Shown: positions 1 to 9,402 of the stretch, in pieces
Numbering within the stretch: the stretch's first letter is position 1
Layout of the letters: every line of letters begins with the position of its first letter
Assembly (NCBI GenBank): GCA_965223345.1
Contig: CBDCWG010000012.1
Span: 416,001 to 480,000 of the forward strand
Reading direction: 5' to 3'
Length of the DNA stretch: 64,000 nt
From: Nitrospinales bacterium
GTDB lineage: Bacteria > Nitrospinota > Nitrospinia > Nitrospinales > VA-1
Notes under the pieces: generated by a model
Told to the model about the DNA's origin: nothing
Seen by the model: only the letters and a program-made list of their open reading frames with translations
Database searches by the model: none
Program-made: the position numbers and the translations under genes

Positions 1-1085
1 CCAACCTGAAATCGCTGTCGCTGTTCAACAACAACCTCGACGACGAGGGCCTGTTCTACCTCTCCAAATGCACACACCTCGCGCAACTGGAAACGCTCAA
101 CCTTTCGGGCAACGAGATCGGCATGCTGGGCGCGAAGGTGCTGTTCATGGCCGCGGGTCTCTCCCGCCTCACCGAACTCGATCTTTCCTACAACCGCATC
201 GAAGCTCTCGGCATCAAGGCGCTGGGGGAATCGCCGCTGGCAAAACAGCTCACGCACCTGAACCTGCGCGACACCTGCCTGGGCGATGAGGGCATGCAGG
301 CGATCGCCGGCCATGTGGTGCTGGATGCGCTCGAAACGCTGGACCTTTCGGACAACAACATCACCGCGGCGGGCATGGAGGCGCTGAGCCGGGCGCGGCC
401 GTTTCCCAAACTCAAACACGTGATCCTGAACAACAACCACATCGGCGACGACGGGTTTTATGCGATGGCGGAGTCGGACCTGTTTCAAAGCGTCGAGGAA
501 CTGCAGATCATCAACAATTCTTTGACCACCGACAGCGCCATCTCGCTGGCGCAGTCGAAAACGCTCTGCGGACTGCGGATGCTGGACATGAACAACAACG
601 ACATCCGCGCGGAAGGGGTGCGCGCGCTGTCCAAATCGAAGAACATGCAGGGGATGGAAACGCTGGATCTGGGGGAAAACCGGCTGGATGCGGAAGGCGC
701 CGAAGCGCTGGCGAAAAGCCCCTACTTTTCCGGACTCAAGTCGCTGCGGCTCAACAACAACAATATTTCCGACCGGGGCGCGGCGGCGATCGCGCGCTCG
801 AAAACGCTCTCAGGCCTGGTTTCGCTCTACCTGGAAAACGAAAACTGGATCCACGCGCAGGGCACCAGGGCGCTGGCGCAATCCACCACGCTGTCGAACC
901 TGAAACGGCTGGTGTTGAGCCTGAACATGATCGGGGACGAAGGCGCGCGTTACCTCGCGGAATCGACGGCGTTGTCCGGCCTGACCCACCTGAACGTCGC
1001 GGGCAACCGGCTGACCTCGGCGGGCGAGGACGCCTTGGTCAAATCGACCGCTCTCTCCAGCATCCAGCAGCTGGAAATCGTCTAG
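1..1085 (+). CDS. Leucine-rich repeat protein (ribonuclease-inhibitor/GALA-like 28-aa repeats), 5'-truncated by the window edge
   Basis: Frame is open from base 3 (NLKSLSLFNNNLDDEG...) through the ORF 123..1085; repeated LxxLxLxxNxIxxxGxxALA units with ~28-aa period. Confidence 0.9.
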   Translation, partial: NLKSLSLFNNNLDDEGLFYLSKCTHLAQLETLNLSGNEIGMLGAKVLFMAAGLSRLTELDLSYNRIEALGIKALGESPLAKQLTHLNLRDTCLGDEGMQAIAGHVVLDALETLDLSDNNITAAGMEALSRARPFPKLKHVILNNNHIGDDGFYAMAESDLFQSVEELQIINNSLTTDSAISLAQSKTLCGLRMLDMNNNDIRAEGVRALSKSKNMQGMETLDLGENRLDAEGAEALAKSPYFSGLKSLRLNNNNISDRGAAAIARSKTLSGLVSLYLENENWIHAQGTRALAQSTTLSNLKRLVLSLNMIGDEGARYLAESTALSGLTHLNVAGNRLTSAGEDALVKSTALSSIQQLEIV

Positions 1086-1111
1086 TTCACCTCACCACCG
1101 GTTGCGCTCTC

Positions 1112-3319
1112 TCAATTCGCAGAGGTACGCGCCATGCCTTTCTTCTTGAGCGTGCGCTCGATGTTGGTCTCCACCACCGCGACTTTGTGCGGCAGGTTCG
1201 ACTTTTTGAAGATGGTCAGGGCGTTCTGATAGTACTCCATGGCCTTGTCGTAATCGCCCTTGTCGTGCCACATGGAAGCGAGGTTGTTCCAGTCGTGCGC
1301 CACGGTCGGGTGATTGGGCCCGAGCGATTTGAGATTGCTGGCCAGGGCTTTTTCGTAATAATCCAGCGCCCGCTCCTCCTCGCCCTTGGCTTTCCAGGCG
1401 GAGCCCAGGTTGTTCCAGAGGATGGCGACGTTGGGATGGCCTTTGCCGTAGATGTTGTTGAAGCTGTCGAGGGCTTTGTCGTAGTAGGCGATGGCCTTCT
1501 CCTGGTCGCCCTGCCGCCGCCAGGCGGTCCCCAGGTTGGTCCAGTCGTGCGCGACGTTTTCGTGCGCCGGGCCCAGGGCCTTCATGTCGGTGAGCAGCGC
1601 CCTCTCATGGTACTGGATGGCCTTGTCGTACTCGCCCTTCTTGCGCCACGCTTCCCCGAGATAGTTCCAGTTGCGGGCGACCACCGGGTGATCCTCACCA
1701 TACGTCTTCAGATTGCTTTCCAGCGCTTTCTGGTGCAGGCGGATGGCCTTGTCGTATTCGCCCTTCTTGCGCCAGGCCTCGCCGAGGTCGTTCCAGCGTT
1801 TCGCGATGGTCGGGTGGTTGCCGTCGTAGATTCGCATCTCGCTGTTCAACGATTTCTCCCAGTTGGCGACGGCGAGATCGTATTCGCCGTTGTTGTAGTG
1901 CGCGGTGCCTTTGTGATTCCAGATGCGCGCCACAAAGGGATGCTCGGGGCCGATGGTTTTTAAGAAACTGTTGAGGGACTTGTCGTAATAGGCGGTCGCT
2001 TTATCGTAGTCGCCCTGCTTGCGCCAGAGGTCGCCCAGGTTGCTCCAGTGCACCGCGACGTTGGGATGATCGGATCCGACCAGCTTCAGGTCGCTTTCGA
2101 GCGCGCGCTCGAAATAATCGCGGGCGGTGTCGTAATTGCCCTGGATCAGATGCACGACGCCGGTGTCGTTGAGATAGGCGGAGTTGTTGGGCTCCAGCTG
2201 CACGGCTTTTTCATAAAACAGCAGCGCGTTGCGGTAATCGAGAGACAGCTCGTAGATGCGCGCGCGGGTGAATTCGATCAGGGCGGGGTCGGTTCCTGTG
2301 CCCTTGCGCTCTGCCGCGGAAACGGCGGCATGCGCCTGATCCAGCGCTCCGCGGTCCACCATGCCGAGCACCGGTTCCAGCTCGCTGCCTTTCAGCTCAT
2401 CGCGCATCCTTAAGATCACTTCTTCCATGCGGATGACTTCGGGATCCGCAAACCGCTGCACCCTCGGGTCGCGCGGCTTTTTCAGGAGAATCTGCCGCAC
2501 CCATAGATACACGGGGTCCGCCGATCCATGCGGCTGCGAGAGGTGCGCGTGATTTTTGATGAACGGCTGCGACTGGCGGGAAAACAGTTTCGCGGACTCC
2601 TTGCCGACGACGGTGCCCATCGGTCCGGAGGGGACCAGTTCGTAGCCCGCATAGATGTCCACCGTGCGGCCGCTTTTGGGTTTGAGAAACTGTTCGCGCC
2701 ACCTCTGGTTCAACGGATCGAGCTTCTCGCGGCTCGCCGCCTGCAGCGCACCCGAATTTCCCGGGCAATGGTGGGCCGCCACGTTTTTGTAGCCGCTGCC
2801 GAGATTGGGTGTGCCCAAAAGGACAACTTTATCGAGCAACACCCGGCGGTCGAGGTTTTCCGGATGGCCGAGCACGAACTCCCGGGCGATCAATCCGCCC
2901 ACGCCCTGGGCGACGATGGACAGGGACTGATAATGATCGTGGCTGGGCAGCAGCGTGTTGATCTCTTCGGCGAGTTGCTGCGCGGTCTGCTGAATGCTGA
3001 AGCCGGGCCCGCAGTCGCCTTGGTAAGCAAACGACAGGACGTCGGCGTTATGAAATCCCTTTTCCTGGGCAAACCGCTCGGGCCAGAAAAATGCCGGCTG
3101 GTTTTGCGGATCGGACCAGGTGTCGATCGGGCCACCGTTCAGATCGTGGATGAACACGATCAGCTTGACGGAATGTCTGTTTTCAATGAGGATCGACTCA
3201 TTCGGCAACACGCTTTTGGCGGGAAAACTGGTGCAACTGGAAATCAATACCAGGACGGCTGCGATGAGTGCGAGCCGGCGACACGGTTTCACTGCCCGGG
3301 AAAGGAATGGCTTCCGCAT
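1112..3319 (-). CDS. Putative lipoprotein: degenerate alpha/beta-hydrolase domain plus kinesin-light-chain-like 42-aa TPR array
   Basis: Basic N-terminus, hydrophobic stretch and ISSC lipobox-like motif; FIHDLNG / IVAQGVGGL / LLGTPNLGS hydrolase-fold motifs; repeated HPxVAxxWNNLGxAWxxxGxYDKA units; GGAG RBS upstream. Confidence 0.85.
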   Translation of the reverse strand: MRKPFLSRAVKPCRRLALIAAVLVLISSCTSFPAKSVLPNESILIENRHSVKLIVFIHDLNGGPIDTWSDPQNQPAFFWPERFAQEKGFHNADVLSFAYQGDCGPGFSIQQTAQQLAEEINTLLPSHDHYQSLSIVAQGVGGLIAREFVLGHPENLDRRVLLDKVVLLGTPNLGSGYKNVAAHHCPGNSGALQAASREKLDPLNQRWREQFLKPKSGRTVDIYAGYELVPSGPMGTVVGKESAKLFSRQSQPFIKNHAHLSQPHGSADPVYLWVRQILLKKPRDPRVQRFADPEVIRMEEVILRMRDELKGSELEPVLGMVDRGALDQAHAAVSAAERKGTGTDPALIEFTRARIYELSLDYRNALLFYEKAVQLEPNNSAYLNDTGVVHLIQGNYDTARDYFERALESDLKLVGSDHPNVAVHWSNLGDLWRKQGDYDKATAYYDKSLNSFLKTIGPEHPFVARIWNHKGTAHYNNGEYDLAVANWEKSLNSEMRIYDGNHPTIAKRWNDLGEAWRKKGEYDKAIRLHQKALESNLKTYGEDHPVVARNWNYLGEAWRKKGEYDKAIQYHERALLTDMKALGPAHENVAHDWTNLGTAWRRQGDQEKAIAYYDKALDSFNNIYGKGHPNVAILWNNLGSAWKAKGEEERALDYYEKALASNLKSLGPNHPTVAHDWNNLASMWHDKGDYDKAMEYYQNALTIFKKSNLPHKVAVVETNIERTLKKKGMARTSAN

Positions 3320-3519
3320 GAATTACTCCTTAAAATTCAGTTGGAAAGAATTTTTTAGGGATCATATCACAGATCGAAAACTTTTTTAATAAATTGAATC
3401 CTAATTTTTTCAGCCTACCACCGACACGCACTGAAAGAAGAAAAAAATTTCTCCATTCATGCTTGAAAAGAAATGCCGTTTGCAATCGGGCCGCGGGGGA
3501 AATTTTTCCGCTGCGCGCG

Positions 3520-4365
3520 CTAGCGCTGCGAAGGCGCGCCGGATTGAGATCCGGTGTGCGGCACGGCGTTTTTTTTCGCCAGCAGGTGGAAGGTGTTGTG
3601 AGTATGCAGAATCGAGGTGGCGATGCGCGCGAACAGGGCGTGACGGCGGGCGCAACAGGTCTGCATCTCCTGAACGGCGACGCCTTCGGATGCGAGCGCG
3701 TCGCAAACGGCAGCGGGATCGATGCCGCCGAAGCGTCTTTGGTAATCCGAAAGGCTGTAGTCCTCTTCGAAAACGGCGATCCCCTGGCGCTGCATTTGCC
3801 ACCGGTACAAAGCCTCATCCATTTGGGCCAAAATCCGGTGCAGCCGGTAGCGCAGCGGCGAAGCGATCTCCTGCTTGAGCGGCTCGAAAAAGATCAACAG
3901 CAGGCCGCCGGGCTTGAGCACGCGGCAGGCCTGCGCCAGCACCGCCCTGTAATCGTACAGGTGGTGCAGCAGGGCGGAACAGACGATGCCGTCGTACGCA
4001 TCATCGGCACGTTGCAGAAACGCCGCCACGTCCGCTTCCACGAGGCGGGAGGGCGCCGCAGGCGGAATGCGTTTTTCCAGCGCCGCCAGCATGTCGCGCG
4101 AGAGATCGACGCCGGTCATTTCCAACCCGCGCGCCAAAAGCTCCAGATACAGGTAACCGGTGCCGCAGCCCAGATCGAGCACCCGCGGCCCGCTCAGTTG
4201 AGCGCATAGGCTGTCGAGCGCCTGTTTGCGCACCCGGTCGATGAAGCGGTTGGTCTGCTCGGGGTGCCGCGCCAGGTACAGCGCGCCCTCGCGGGCGTGC
4301 ACCTCACGGTTTGCGTCGAGGATGGCCTCCTGCAGCGCGGCGCTGTCTTTCAGGGCGGGGGTCAT
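3520..4365 (-). CDS. Class I SAM-dependent methyltransferase
   Basis: VLDLGCGTG SAM-binding motif, GVDLS, LHHL and RVLKPGG motifs. Confidence 0.85.
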   Translation of the reverse strand: MTPALKDSAALQEAILDANREVHAREGALYLARHPEQTNRFIDRVRKQALDSLCAQLSGPRVLDLGCGTGYLYLELLARGLEMTGVDLSRDMLAALEKRIPPAAPSRLVEADVAAFLQRADDAYDGIVCSALLHHLYDYRAVLAQACRVLKPGGLLLIFFEPLKQEIASPLRYRLHRILAQMDEALYRWQMQRQGIAVFEEDYSLSDYQRRFGGIDPAAVCDALASEGVAVQEMQTCCARRHALFARIATSILHTHNTFHLLAKKNAVPHTGSQSGAPSQR

Positions 4366-4372
4366 GTTCCGG

Positions 4373-5233
4373 TCACAAAGGGGCGGGCGATTTCAGGTCC
4401 TGGGGATAAAAAAACCGTTTTCCAGTCGCCACCGTCTCGCACTCGTTGCAGTTTTCGCAGACGGCGGGGAACTTTCCCGCCCGGTGCTCCGCGCGCAGGG
4501 ATTCGATGCGGCCGCGCCGCCACAGATCGGGAATGCGGTCGTTTGAGGCATTGCCCAGTTTGAGCGTGGCGTTGTAATCGACGCAGCAGGGGATGACGGT
4601 GCCGTCCCACAGCACCACGAGCTTGCCGTAGTCTTTGCCGAAGGGTTCCGGGCACACCTCTTTGCGCGGACTCTGGATGAGCTTGGGCTGGGTGCGGACG
4701 TGATCGACGATTCGCTCCCAGTGACGGATGTAGGTATTCACGTCCTGCCAGGTGTCCTCTTCGACGGTGAACACCACGCCCATGCTGAGGGCGGGCCGTT
4801 CGCGCTCTTTTCTGCGTTTGAGCTTTAAAATATTGCGCTCGATCTTCTCCAGCGGCACGCCGCGGATTCGCTCGAAGGTTTCCGCCGAGCCGTCGATGGA
4901 AAAGCGGATGATGCTCAACGGCGAGGCGAGGATTTTGTCCAGCATTTTGTCTGTGAGCAGGGTGCCGTTGGTGTTCATGACGATGTGCCGGACGCCTTTG
5001 GCGTGGGCGTAGTCGAACATGCGGAAGATGTCTTTGTTGAGAAGGGGCTCGCCCCAGTTGTGCATGCACAGATGCTCCAGCCCCGGCGTGTCGTCGATGA
5101 CTTTTTTGAACAGGTCGAAGGACATGAATCCCTCGGGCCGGGTCATGCCCTCGGTGACGAAGCAAAAGGAGCAGCGCAGGTTGCAGGTGTTGGTCGGCTC
5201 GATGATGAGCGAGGTGAGTTTCCGGATCTGCAT
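4373..5233 (-). CDS. Radical SAM protein with SPASM/Twitch domain
   Basis: CNLRCSFC (CX3CX2C), WGEPLL, TNGTLL; C-terminal C...WDGTVIPCC...CENC. Confidence 0.9.
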   Translation of the reverse strand: MQIRKLTSLIIEPTNTCNLRCSFCFVTEGMTRPEGFMSFDLFKKVIDDTPGLEHLCMHNWGEPLLNKDIFRMFDYAHAKGVRHIVMNTNGTLLTDKMLDKILASPLSIIRFSIDGSAETFERIRGVPLEKIERNILKLKRRKERERPALSMGVVFTVEEDTWQDVNTYIRHWERIVDHVRTQPKLIQSPRKEVCPEPFGKDYGKLVVLWDGTVIPCCVDYNATLKLGNASNDRIPDLWRRGRIESLRAEHRAGKFPAVCENCNECETVATGKRFFYPQDLKSPAPL

Positions 5234-6168
5234 CAGTCCACAGTCTCTAACACGATGTAGTCGGGCCGGTTCTGGATCTGCAGGTGCACCCTTCCCAGGT
5301 ATTCCCCGAGAAACCCGATCGACAGAAGCTGCACGCCGGCGAGGAACGCGAACACCGCCGACAGAACGATGAAACCTTCGATCAGAATTCCCTGCACGAT
5401 GCGCTGATACATGAGAAACAGCATCACGGCGAAGCCGGTGCCGGCGCCGAGCAGCCCCAGGTAGGTCACCGCCCGCAGCGGCAGGTTGGAGTAACCGGTG
5501 ACCAGATCCCAGGTGAGCTTGACCAGGTTGAGGATGGAATATTTCGTGTTGCCCTTAAGCCGGTCGTGGTGCTCCACCTCGATCTCCGCCGAAGGAAACC
5601 CCATCCAGCTCATGAGCACCGCCATGTAGTGCGAGCGGTCGCTGGAAGCGCCCACCTTTTCGATGACGTTTCGTCGCATGGCGCGGAACGAACTCAGGTT
5701 GAGATGGAATTTTTTTCCAAACAACAGCCGGGCGATGGCGTGCAGGGCTTTCGATCCCAGGACGCGCAGCAACCCGTCGCGCCGTTTCCGCGGAACGGTC
5801 GTGACGAGCTGCACCGATCCTGTGAGCGCGGCGAGCAGTTTGGGGATCTCCTCGGGCGGATGCTGCAAATCGGAATCGAGCTGCACGATGCGCTCTCCCC
5901 GGCAGGCGCGGAATCCGGCGAGCACCGCCGCCTGCTGGCCGAAGTTGCGCGTGAAGCGCACCAGACGCAGGGTGTCGTCGTGGCGCTTGAATTCGTTCAG
6001 AATGTCGAAGGAGCCGTCGGTGCTGCCGTCGTCGATGAACAGCATTTCATAGGGGACGCCGAGATTCGCGCACACCTTTTTCAACCGGTCGCACAACTCC
6101 GGCAGAATGGCGGCTTCGTTGTAGACGGGCACCACGACGGAGACATCGATACGACCCGCGTCAGACAT
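5233..6168 (-). CDS. Glycosyltransferase family 2, polyprenol-phosphate glycosyltransferase type (ArnC/GtrB-like)
   Basis: VVVPVYNE, DDGSTDGS, RNFGQQAA, DSDLQHPPE motifs and two C-terminal TM helices. Confidence 0.9.
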   Translation of the reverse strand: MSDAGRIDVSVVVPVYNEAAILPELCDRLKKVCANLGVPYEMLFIDDGSTDGSFDILNEFKRHDDTLRLVRFTRNFGQQAAVLAGFRACRGERIVQLDSDLQHPPEEIPKLLAALTGSVQLVTTVPRKRRDGLLRVLGSKALHAIARLLFGKKFHLNLSSFRAMRRNVIEKVGASSDRSHYMAVLMSWMGFPSAEIEVEHHDRLKGNTKYSILNLVKLTWDLVTGYSNLPLRAVTYLGLLGAGTGFAVMLFLMYQRIVQGILIEGFIVLSAVFAFLAGVQLLSIGFLGEYLGRVHLQIQNRPDYIVLETVD

Positions 6169-7357
6169 TGCAGTGCGGCTGGGTGACCAGCTCTTTTTGC
6201 GGCGTTTCGTCGAAGACGCCGGTCTTCACGCGGATCGGCTCCACCGGCGGGCCCTGCTTGCCGATGTATTCGGACTGGCAGCAGCCCAGGCAGCCGGGAA
6301 AGATCTTCTCCTTTTTCAGCAGCCTGCGAAATTCCTGCGCCCGCTCGGAATGCCAGGGGGCGGTTCCGGTCTGAAAATCGAAACTCCCCAGGCGGACATG
6401 CGGGCAGCTGAACACATCGCCGTAGGCGGACACCGCCATCTTGGTCCACGGCACGCGGCAGCGGTAGTCGGTGTAGGAACTCTCGTTGGAGTAGTAGCGC
6501 ACGATTTCCTCGGGCGTGATGAAATTGGGGGAAAACCGCAGCTTGGTTTTGTGCGAGCGGCTGCAGGCGGTGAGCCGGGCGAGTTGCTCCCCCAGCACCA
6601 CGGGCGAGATCTCCTCGACGGGCTGAGACGGGGTTCTAAGGTGCCGATCCTGATCGTAGCCCTTGCCGTGCCAGTAGGTGGCGGGGTTTTCCAGCACGAA
6701 ATTGCAGACGTTGACGCCCAGGCTGTTGGCGTAGTCGTACAACGGGACGAGGTCCATGACGTTGTTGCGCTTGATCACGCAGGTGAGGTGGACGAGCGGG
6801 TAGCCGGTCCCGCGTTCCTTTCGCTGCCGCAACAGGCACTCGAGTCCTTTGGTGGTTTTTTTGAACGAGCCCTGGACGGTGGTGATGCGGTCGTGCAGTT
6901 CTTCGTGCCCTTCCAGGGACACACCGACGTAGAATAGGCCCGAGCCCCAGATCGAGCGCACCCGCATGTCGAGCAGGCTTTCCACCACCGGCTCGCTGAG
7001 CGGCGTGCCGTTGGTGATGACGTGCACTTTGTGGCGGCGTCCGGCGTAGCGCAGGATCTCGAGAAAGTCGGCTTTCATGAAGGCCTCGCCGCCGGTGAAG
7101 GTGATCAGCGTGCGGCGCGGCACGGCGTCGATCGCCCGCTTGACCTCGGCGGTGCTCAACTCGTTTTTGTAGGTTTTGTGGGTCTCGGTGTCCTCGATGA
7201 TTTCCAGGTAATGGCACATGTCGCAACGCAGGTTGCAACGGTAGGTCACCTCGAAAAACGTCTGCACCGGCGGGAACGACGACTCGGGACGAAAATAAAA
7301 GGGCAAGAAGGAATACACCCTCGGCAGTATTTTCTGTAGAAATCTAAAATCCAGCAT
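6161..7357 (-). CDS. Radical SAM protein with SPASM/Twitch domain
   Basis: CNLRCDMC, FTGGEAF, ITNGT; C-terminal C.VPW...GDVFSC...CLGCC; start placed at ATG 7357, 2 nt after the WbqC stop. Confidence 0.88.
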   Translation of the reverse strand: MLDFRFLQKILPRVYSFLPFYFRPESSFPPVQTFFEVTYRCNLRCDMCHYLEIIEDTETHKTYKNELSTAEVKRAIDAVPRRTLITFTGGEAFMKADFLEILRYAGRRHKVHVITNGTPLSEPVVESLLDMRVRSIWGSGLFYVGVSLEGHEELHDRITTVQGSFKKTTKGLECLLRQRKERGTGYPLVHLTCVIKRNNVMDLVPLYDYANSLGVNVCNFVLENPATYWHGKGYDQDRHLRTPSQPVEEISPVVLGEQLARLTACSRSHKTKLRFSPNFITPEEIVRYYSNESSYTDYRCRVPWTKMAVSAYGDVFSCPHVRLGSFDFQTGTAPWHSERAQEFRRLLKKEKIFPGCLGCCQSEYIGKQGPPVEPIRVKTGVFDETPQKELVTQPHCNV

Positions 7358-7359
7358 GA

Positions 7360-8097
7360 TCAAAGGGTTTGAGGGACTCCAGCCGCGGGCGCTTTGAGGT
7401 CGGCCGTTTCGCTGTGGCCGTTTTCGATGACCGCAAGGCTGGCTTCTCCCACGTTGAACAGCAGGTCGATCACGGACAGATAGGGGACGAACCCCGGGTG
7501 GCGCTGCGGATACTGCGGATGGCGGTAGTTTTGATATTCCAGGCCGATTCCGCGTTGCGCGAACGCTTCGGGGGAAAGGTAGGCGCGGGCGGCGTCGCCG
7601 CTCAGATAGTGCTGCGCGCCCAGTTTCGCGCACAGTGCGAGGATCTTTTCCCCACGCGCGCTCCCCACCTGCAACTCCGAGGATTTTACCGTGCGCGTGG
7701 GGATTGTTAAAGCCTTTTTAAGGTGTTCGGTGGTCTCGACGCACAGGTCCACCAGCCAGGTCCAGCGCTTGCCATAAAGGGCATCGAAATAAGGGAAATG
7801 CGTTTCGAAATGCGGGGCGCGGGCGTACTGGCAGCGGATCGCCTCTTTGTGCTTGCGCTGCCAGGGAAGCGCCGCATCGATGCGGGTCTCCTTGAGACTC
7901 TGATGATATTGGTTTTTCTGCAATACCGGTACCGTGAGCCACATCCAGCCGGCCGGCGTGCGGATGCGGTTGCGGTTTCTCCAGTCGCGCCGGGTGTACT
8001 GCACATCGTCCAGATACACAAAGGTGTCCACCCGGTTCATCTGGTCGAAATACCCCAGCCAGGGAAGGTAGGAGGGCTGCAGGATCGCGAGGCGCAT
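7360..8097 (-). CDS. WbqC family protein
   Basis: AILQPSYLPWLGYF...DDVQY...WRNRNRI, WLTVPV, YLSG and LSVIDLLFN motifs typical of WbqC. Confidence 0.9.
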   Translation of the reverse strand: MRLAILQPSYLPWLGYFDQMNRVDTFVYLDDVQYTRRDWRNRNRIRTPAGWMWLTVPVLQKNQYHQSLKETRIDAALPWQRKHKEAIRCQYARAPHFETHFPYFDALYGKRWTWLVDLCVETTEHLKKALTIPTRTVKSSELQVGSARGEKILALCAKLGAQHYLSGDAARAYLSPEAFAQRGIGLEYQNYRHPQYPQRHPGFVPYLSVIDLLFNVGEASLAVIENGHSETADLKAPAAGVPQTL

Positions 8098-8145
8098 GGC
8101 GTCCGTTCTGCTCAGGAAGACGCGCGGTCGGCGCGGCGCCCGGGT

Positions 8146-9210
8146 TCAGAGCGCATCGCAGCGGCCGGCCACGAGGTTTTCCCGCTTCGCCAGGACCTCG
8201 GCGTTCTGTCCCCACAGCTCTTTCATCCAGAGAAACTTCTGCCACCAGCCGCGGTTGTTGACGTAAAAATCCACCGTGCGCGCCAGGCCTTCGTCGAGCG
8301 ACACGCGGCTCTCCCAGCCGAGCAGGCGTTTGGCCTTCCAGGTGGAGGAGATGTGGCGGCTCACCTGACCGGGCCGGTCGTCGATGAACTTGAGGTAGGA
8401 TTCGGGCAGGTTCAACAGGGCGAGGATTTTTTTGGCGATGGTTTCCACCGGGGTGTCGATCCCGGTGCCGAGATTGATGGACTCGCCGACCACCTTGTCG
8501 GCCTCGACGTGCAGAATGCGGCACAGGGCCTCGCAGGTGTCCTCGACGAACATCCAGTCGCGCGAGCTTTTGCCGGTGCCGTGCACGGTGAGGGGCTGTT
8601 CGAGCAGGGCGCTGATGATGAAATTGGGGATGGCTTTTTCCAGATGCTGGCAGGGGCCGTAGTTGTTGAAGGGACGCACGATGACGGCGGGGATGCCGTA
8701 GGTGTGGACGTAGGAATACACCAGCCGGTCGGCGCCGGCTTTCGCGGCGGCGTAGGGGCTCATCGGGTTCAACGGGTGCGCCTCGTCCATCGGGCTGTGC
8801 AGGGCGGTGCCGTACACCTCCGAGGAGGAGATGTGGACGAACCGCTCCACGGGATGGTTGACGATGGCATTGGCGATCACCTGCGTGCCGATCACGTCGG
8901 TTTCGAAGAACAGGGAATTGTCGTAGATCGAGCGGGTCACGTGCGACTCGGCGGCGAAATGCACGACGATGTCGCTCTGCGCCACCAGCTTGTTGACGAT
9001 GTCGGGCTGGGTGACGTTGCCGTGATAGAACGCGAAGTTGCCGTTCTGCTTGAGGGCCGCGTCGATGCTGTCGAGGTTGCCGGCATAGGTCAACGCGTCG
9101 AGCAGAAGGATGCGGTACTCCGGGTAACGCGTGTGCAGGTGGTTGATGAAGTTGCTGCCGATGAATCCGGCGCCGCCGGTGACGAGGATGGTTTTGTCTT
9201 CGGATCGCAT
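8146..9210 (-). CDS. rfbB: dTDP-glucose 4,6-dehydratase-like extended SDR
   Basis: ILVTGGAGFIGSNF, DALTYAGN, HFAAESHV, SSEVYG, YAAAK; start chosen at ATG 9210. Confidence 0.85.
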   Translation of the reverse strand: MRSEDKTILVTGGAGFIGSNFINHLHTRYPEYRILLLDALTYAGNLDSIDAALKQNGNFAFYHGNVTQPDIVNKLVAQSDIVVHFAAESHVTRSIYDNSLFFETDVIGTQVIANAIVNHPVERFVHISSSEVYGTALHSPMDEAHPLNPMSPYAAAKAGADRLVYSYVHTYGIPAVIVRPFNNYGPCQHLEKAIPNFIISALLEQPLTVHGTGKSSRDWMFVEDTCEALCRILHVEADKVVGESINLGTGIDTPVETIAKKILALLNLPESYLKFIDDRPGQVSRHISSTWKAKRLLGWESRVSLDEGLARTVDFYVNNRGWWQKFLWMKELWGQNAEVLAKRENLVAGRCDAL

Positions 9211-9349
9211 GCGCACTCGCGGGGGAAGGGAAAATAAGGGGAAACGCGGCGGCGTTTCCTCACGCAACACCACTTATTTTCTTAGCGGGAATTTTCAAAA
9301 AGGGCTTTAGCTGTTTTTTTGCTGCGGGTGGAATGAGGAGCAAACAGAA

Positions 9350-9377
9350 CCCCCTCCCCCACTTCCGGGGGAAGGGG
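9350..9377 (-). terminator. Putative intrinsic terminator or hairpin downstream of elbB
   Basis: CCCCTCCCCC-ACTTCC-GGGGGAAGGGG inverted repeat followed on the minus strand by GTTCTGTTT. Confidence 0.45.
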
Positions 9378-9402
9378 AAATCCGGGAAAGAGCGTTTCCC
9401 GT

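Noticed and set aside
4373..7357. Radical SAMs as RiPP maturases or hopanoid methylases (HpnP/HpnR/HpnJ)
   Set aside because: No precursor peptide or RRE domain seen and no B12-binding domain; neighbours are sugar enzymes
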